A DNA stretch of 32,000 bases from Geotalea uraniireducens Rf4 (lineage in GTDB: Bacteria > Desulfobacterota > Desulfuromonadia > Geobacterales > Geobacteraceae). Positions 31,551 through 32,000 of the stretch are shown here, piece by piece. The stretch covers positions 1,350,001-1,382,000 of the forward strand of contig NC_009483.1 of NCBI RefSeq assembly GCF_000016745.1. Direction: 5' to 3'. Positions within the stretch are counted from its first letter, which is position 1; each line of letters starts with the position of its first letter. Under the pieces are notes generated by a model, which was given only the letters and a program-made list of their open reading frames with translations, was not told the origin of the DNA and made no database searches. Made by a program: the position numbers and the translations under genes.

Positions 31551-32000
31551 ATGACTTCCACATTGCAATCAAAACTCGCATCCGGCCGCTTCGTCCTGAC
31601 AGCCGAGGTCTGCCCCCCCAAGGGGAGCGACTGCGCGGATTTTCTGGAAAAATCCCGGAAACTATCCGGTTTGGTGGACGCCATCAATGTCACCGACAAC
31701 CAGGGCGCGACCATGCGCATCTCCCCCCTTGCGGCCGCTGCACTGCTGGTACGGGAAGGGATAGAGCCGATCTTCCAGATCACCTGCCGCGACAGAAACC
31801 GCCTGGCCCTGCAAAGCGACCTCCTCGGCGCTGCTGCCCTGGGTATAGAGAATGTACTGGCCCTTACCGGCGATCACATCTCATTTGGCGATCACTGTGC
31901 CGGCAAACCGGTCTTCGACCTGGATTCTGTTCAGCTGCTGCAAGCCATCAAAGGGCTGGGGGCGGGGCAGGATCTGGCCGGGAAGTCGGTCACCGGAGCA
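31551..32000 (+). CDS. metF: Methylenetetrahydrofolate reductase, 3'-truncated by the window edge
   Basis: Absent from the ORF track because it has no stop in the window. ATG at 31551, open to nt 32000. MTSTLQSKLASGRFVLTAEVCPPKGSD...VDAINVTDNQGATMRISPLAAAALLVREGIEPIFQITCRDRNRLALQSDLLGAAALGIENVLALTGDH is typical of MetF. Confidence 0.85.
   Translation, partial: MTSTLQSKLASGRFVLTAEVCPPKGSDCADFLEKSRKLSGLVDAINVTDNQGATMRISPLAAAALLVREGIEPIFQITCRDRNRLALQSDLLGAAALGIENVLALTGDHISFGDHCAGKPVFDLDSVQLLQAIKGLGAGQDLAGKSVTGA

Overview
Gene content suggests a chromosomal segment from a Geobacter/Desulfuromonadales-like deltaproteobacterium (inference only). Housekeeping genes flank the window: a 5'-truncated ABC-2 permease on the left, and on the right a ferritin-like gene, yggT-divIVA-yggU, fmdB and folD-metV-metF (metF 3'-truncated). 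Between them lies a roughly 26 kb cell-envelope/accessory island with four parts. (1) A PilZ-domain sigma-54 activator sits next to a textbook sigma-54 promoter. That promoter drives three Sec-secreted proteins with a shared C-terminal QNSG-type motif and a periplasmic C39-like cysteine peptidase, and a convergent outer-membrane beta-barrel gene follows. This is my best candidate for an undescribed system: Fap/curli-like in architecture but not in sequence. (2) A fused TcB/TcC-like RHS (YD-repeat) toxin has a six-repeat FG-GAP region. Its N-terminal SpvB/signal-peptide segment is in a different frame, and an AT-rich C-terminal toxin is followed by a small 2-TM immunity candidate and an OmpW-like barrel. 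(3) Two giant repetitive surface proteins (1803 and 1902 aa). The first is separated from its signal peptide by a 1-nt frameshift. The second carries near-identical 288/294-bp tandem repeats and a C-terminal dockerin. (4) A lipoprotein with a possible cohesin-like C-terminal domain. Non-coding features include a bidirectional terminator, a REP-like GC palindrome, a 169-bp MITE-like inverted-repeat element upstream of folD, and a triplicated hairpin/terminator array between folD and metV. I saw no rRNA, tRNA or CRISPR. All family assignments come from reading motifs by eye; no database search was run.
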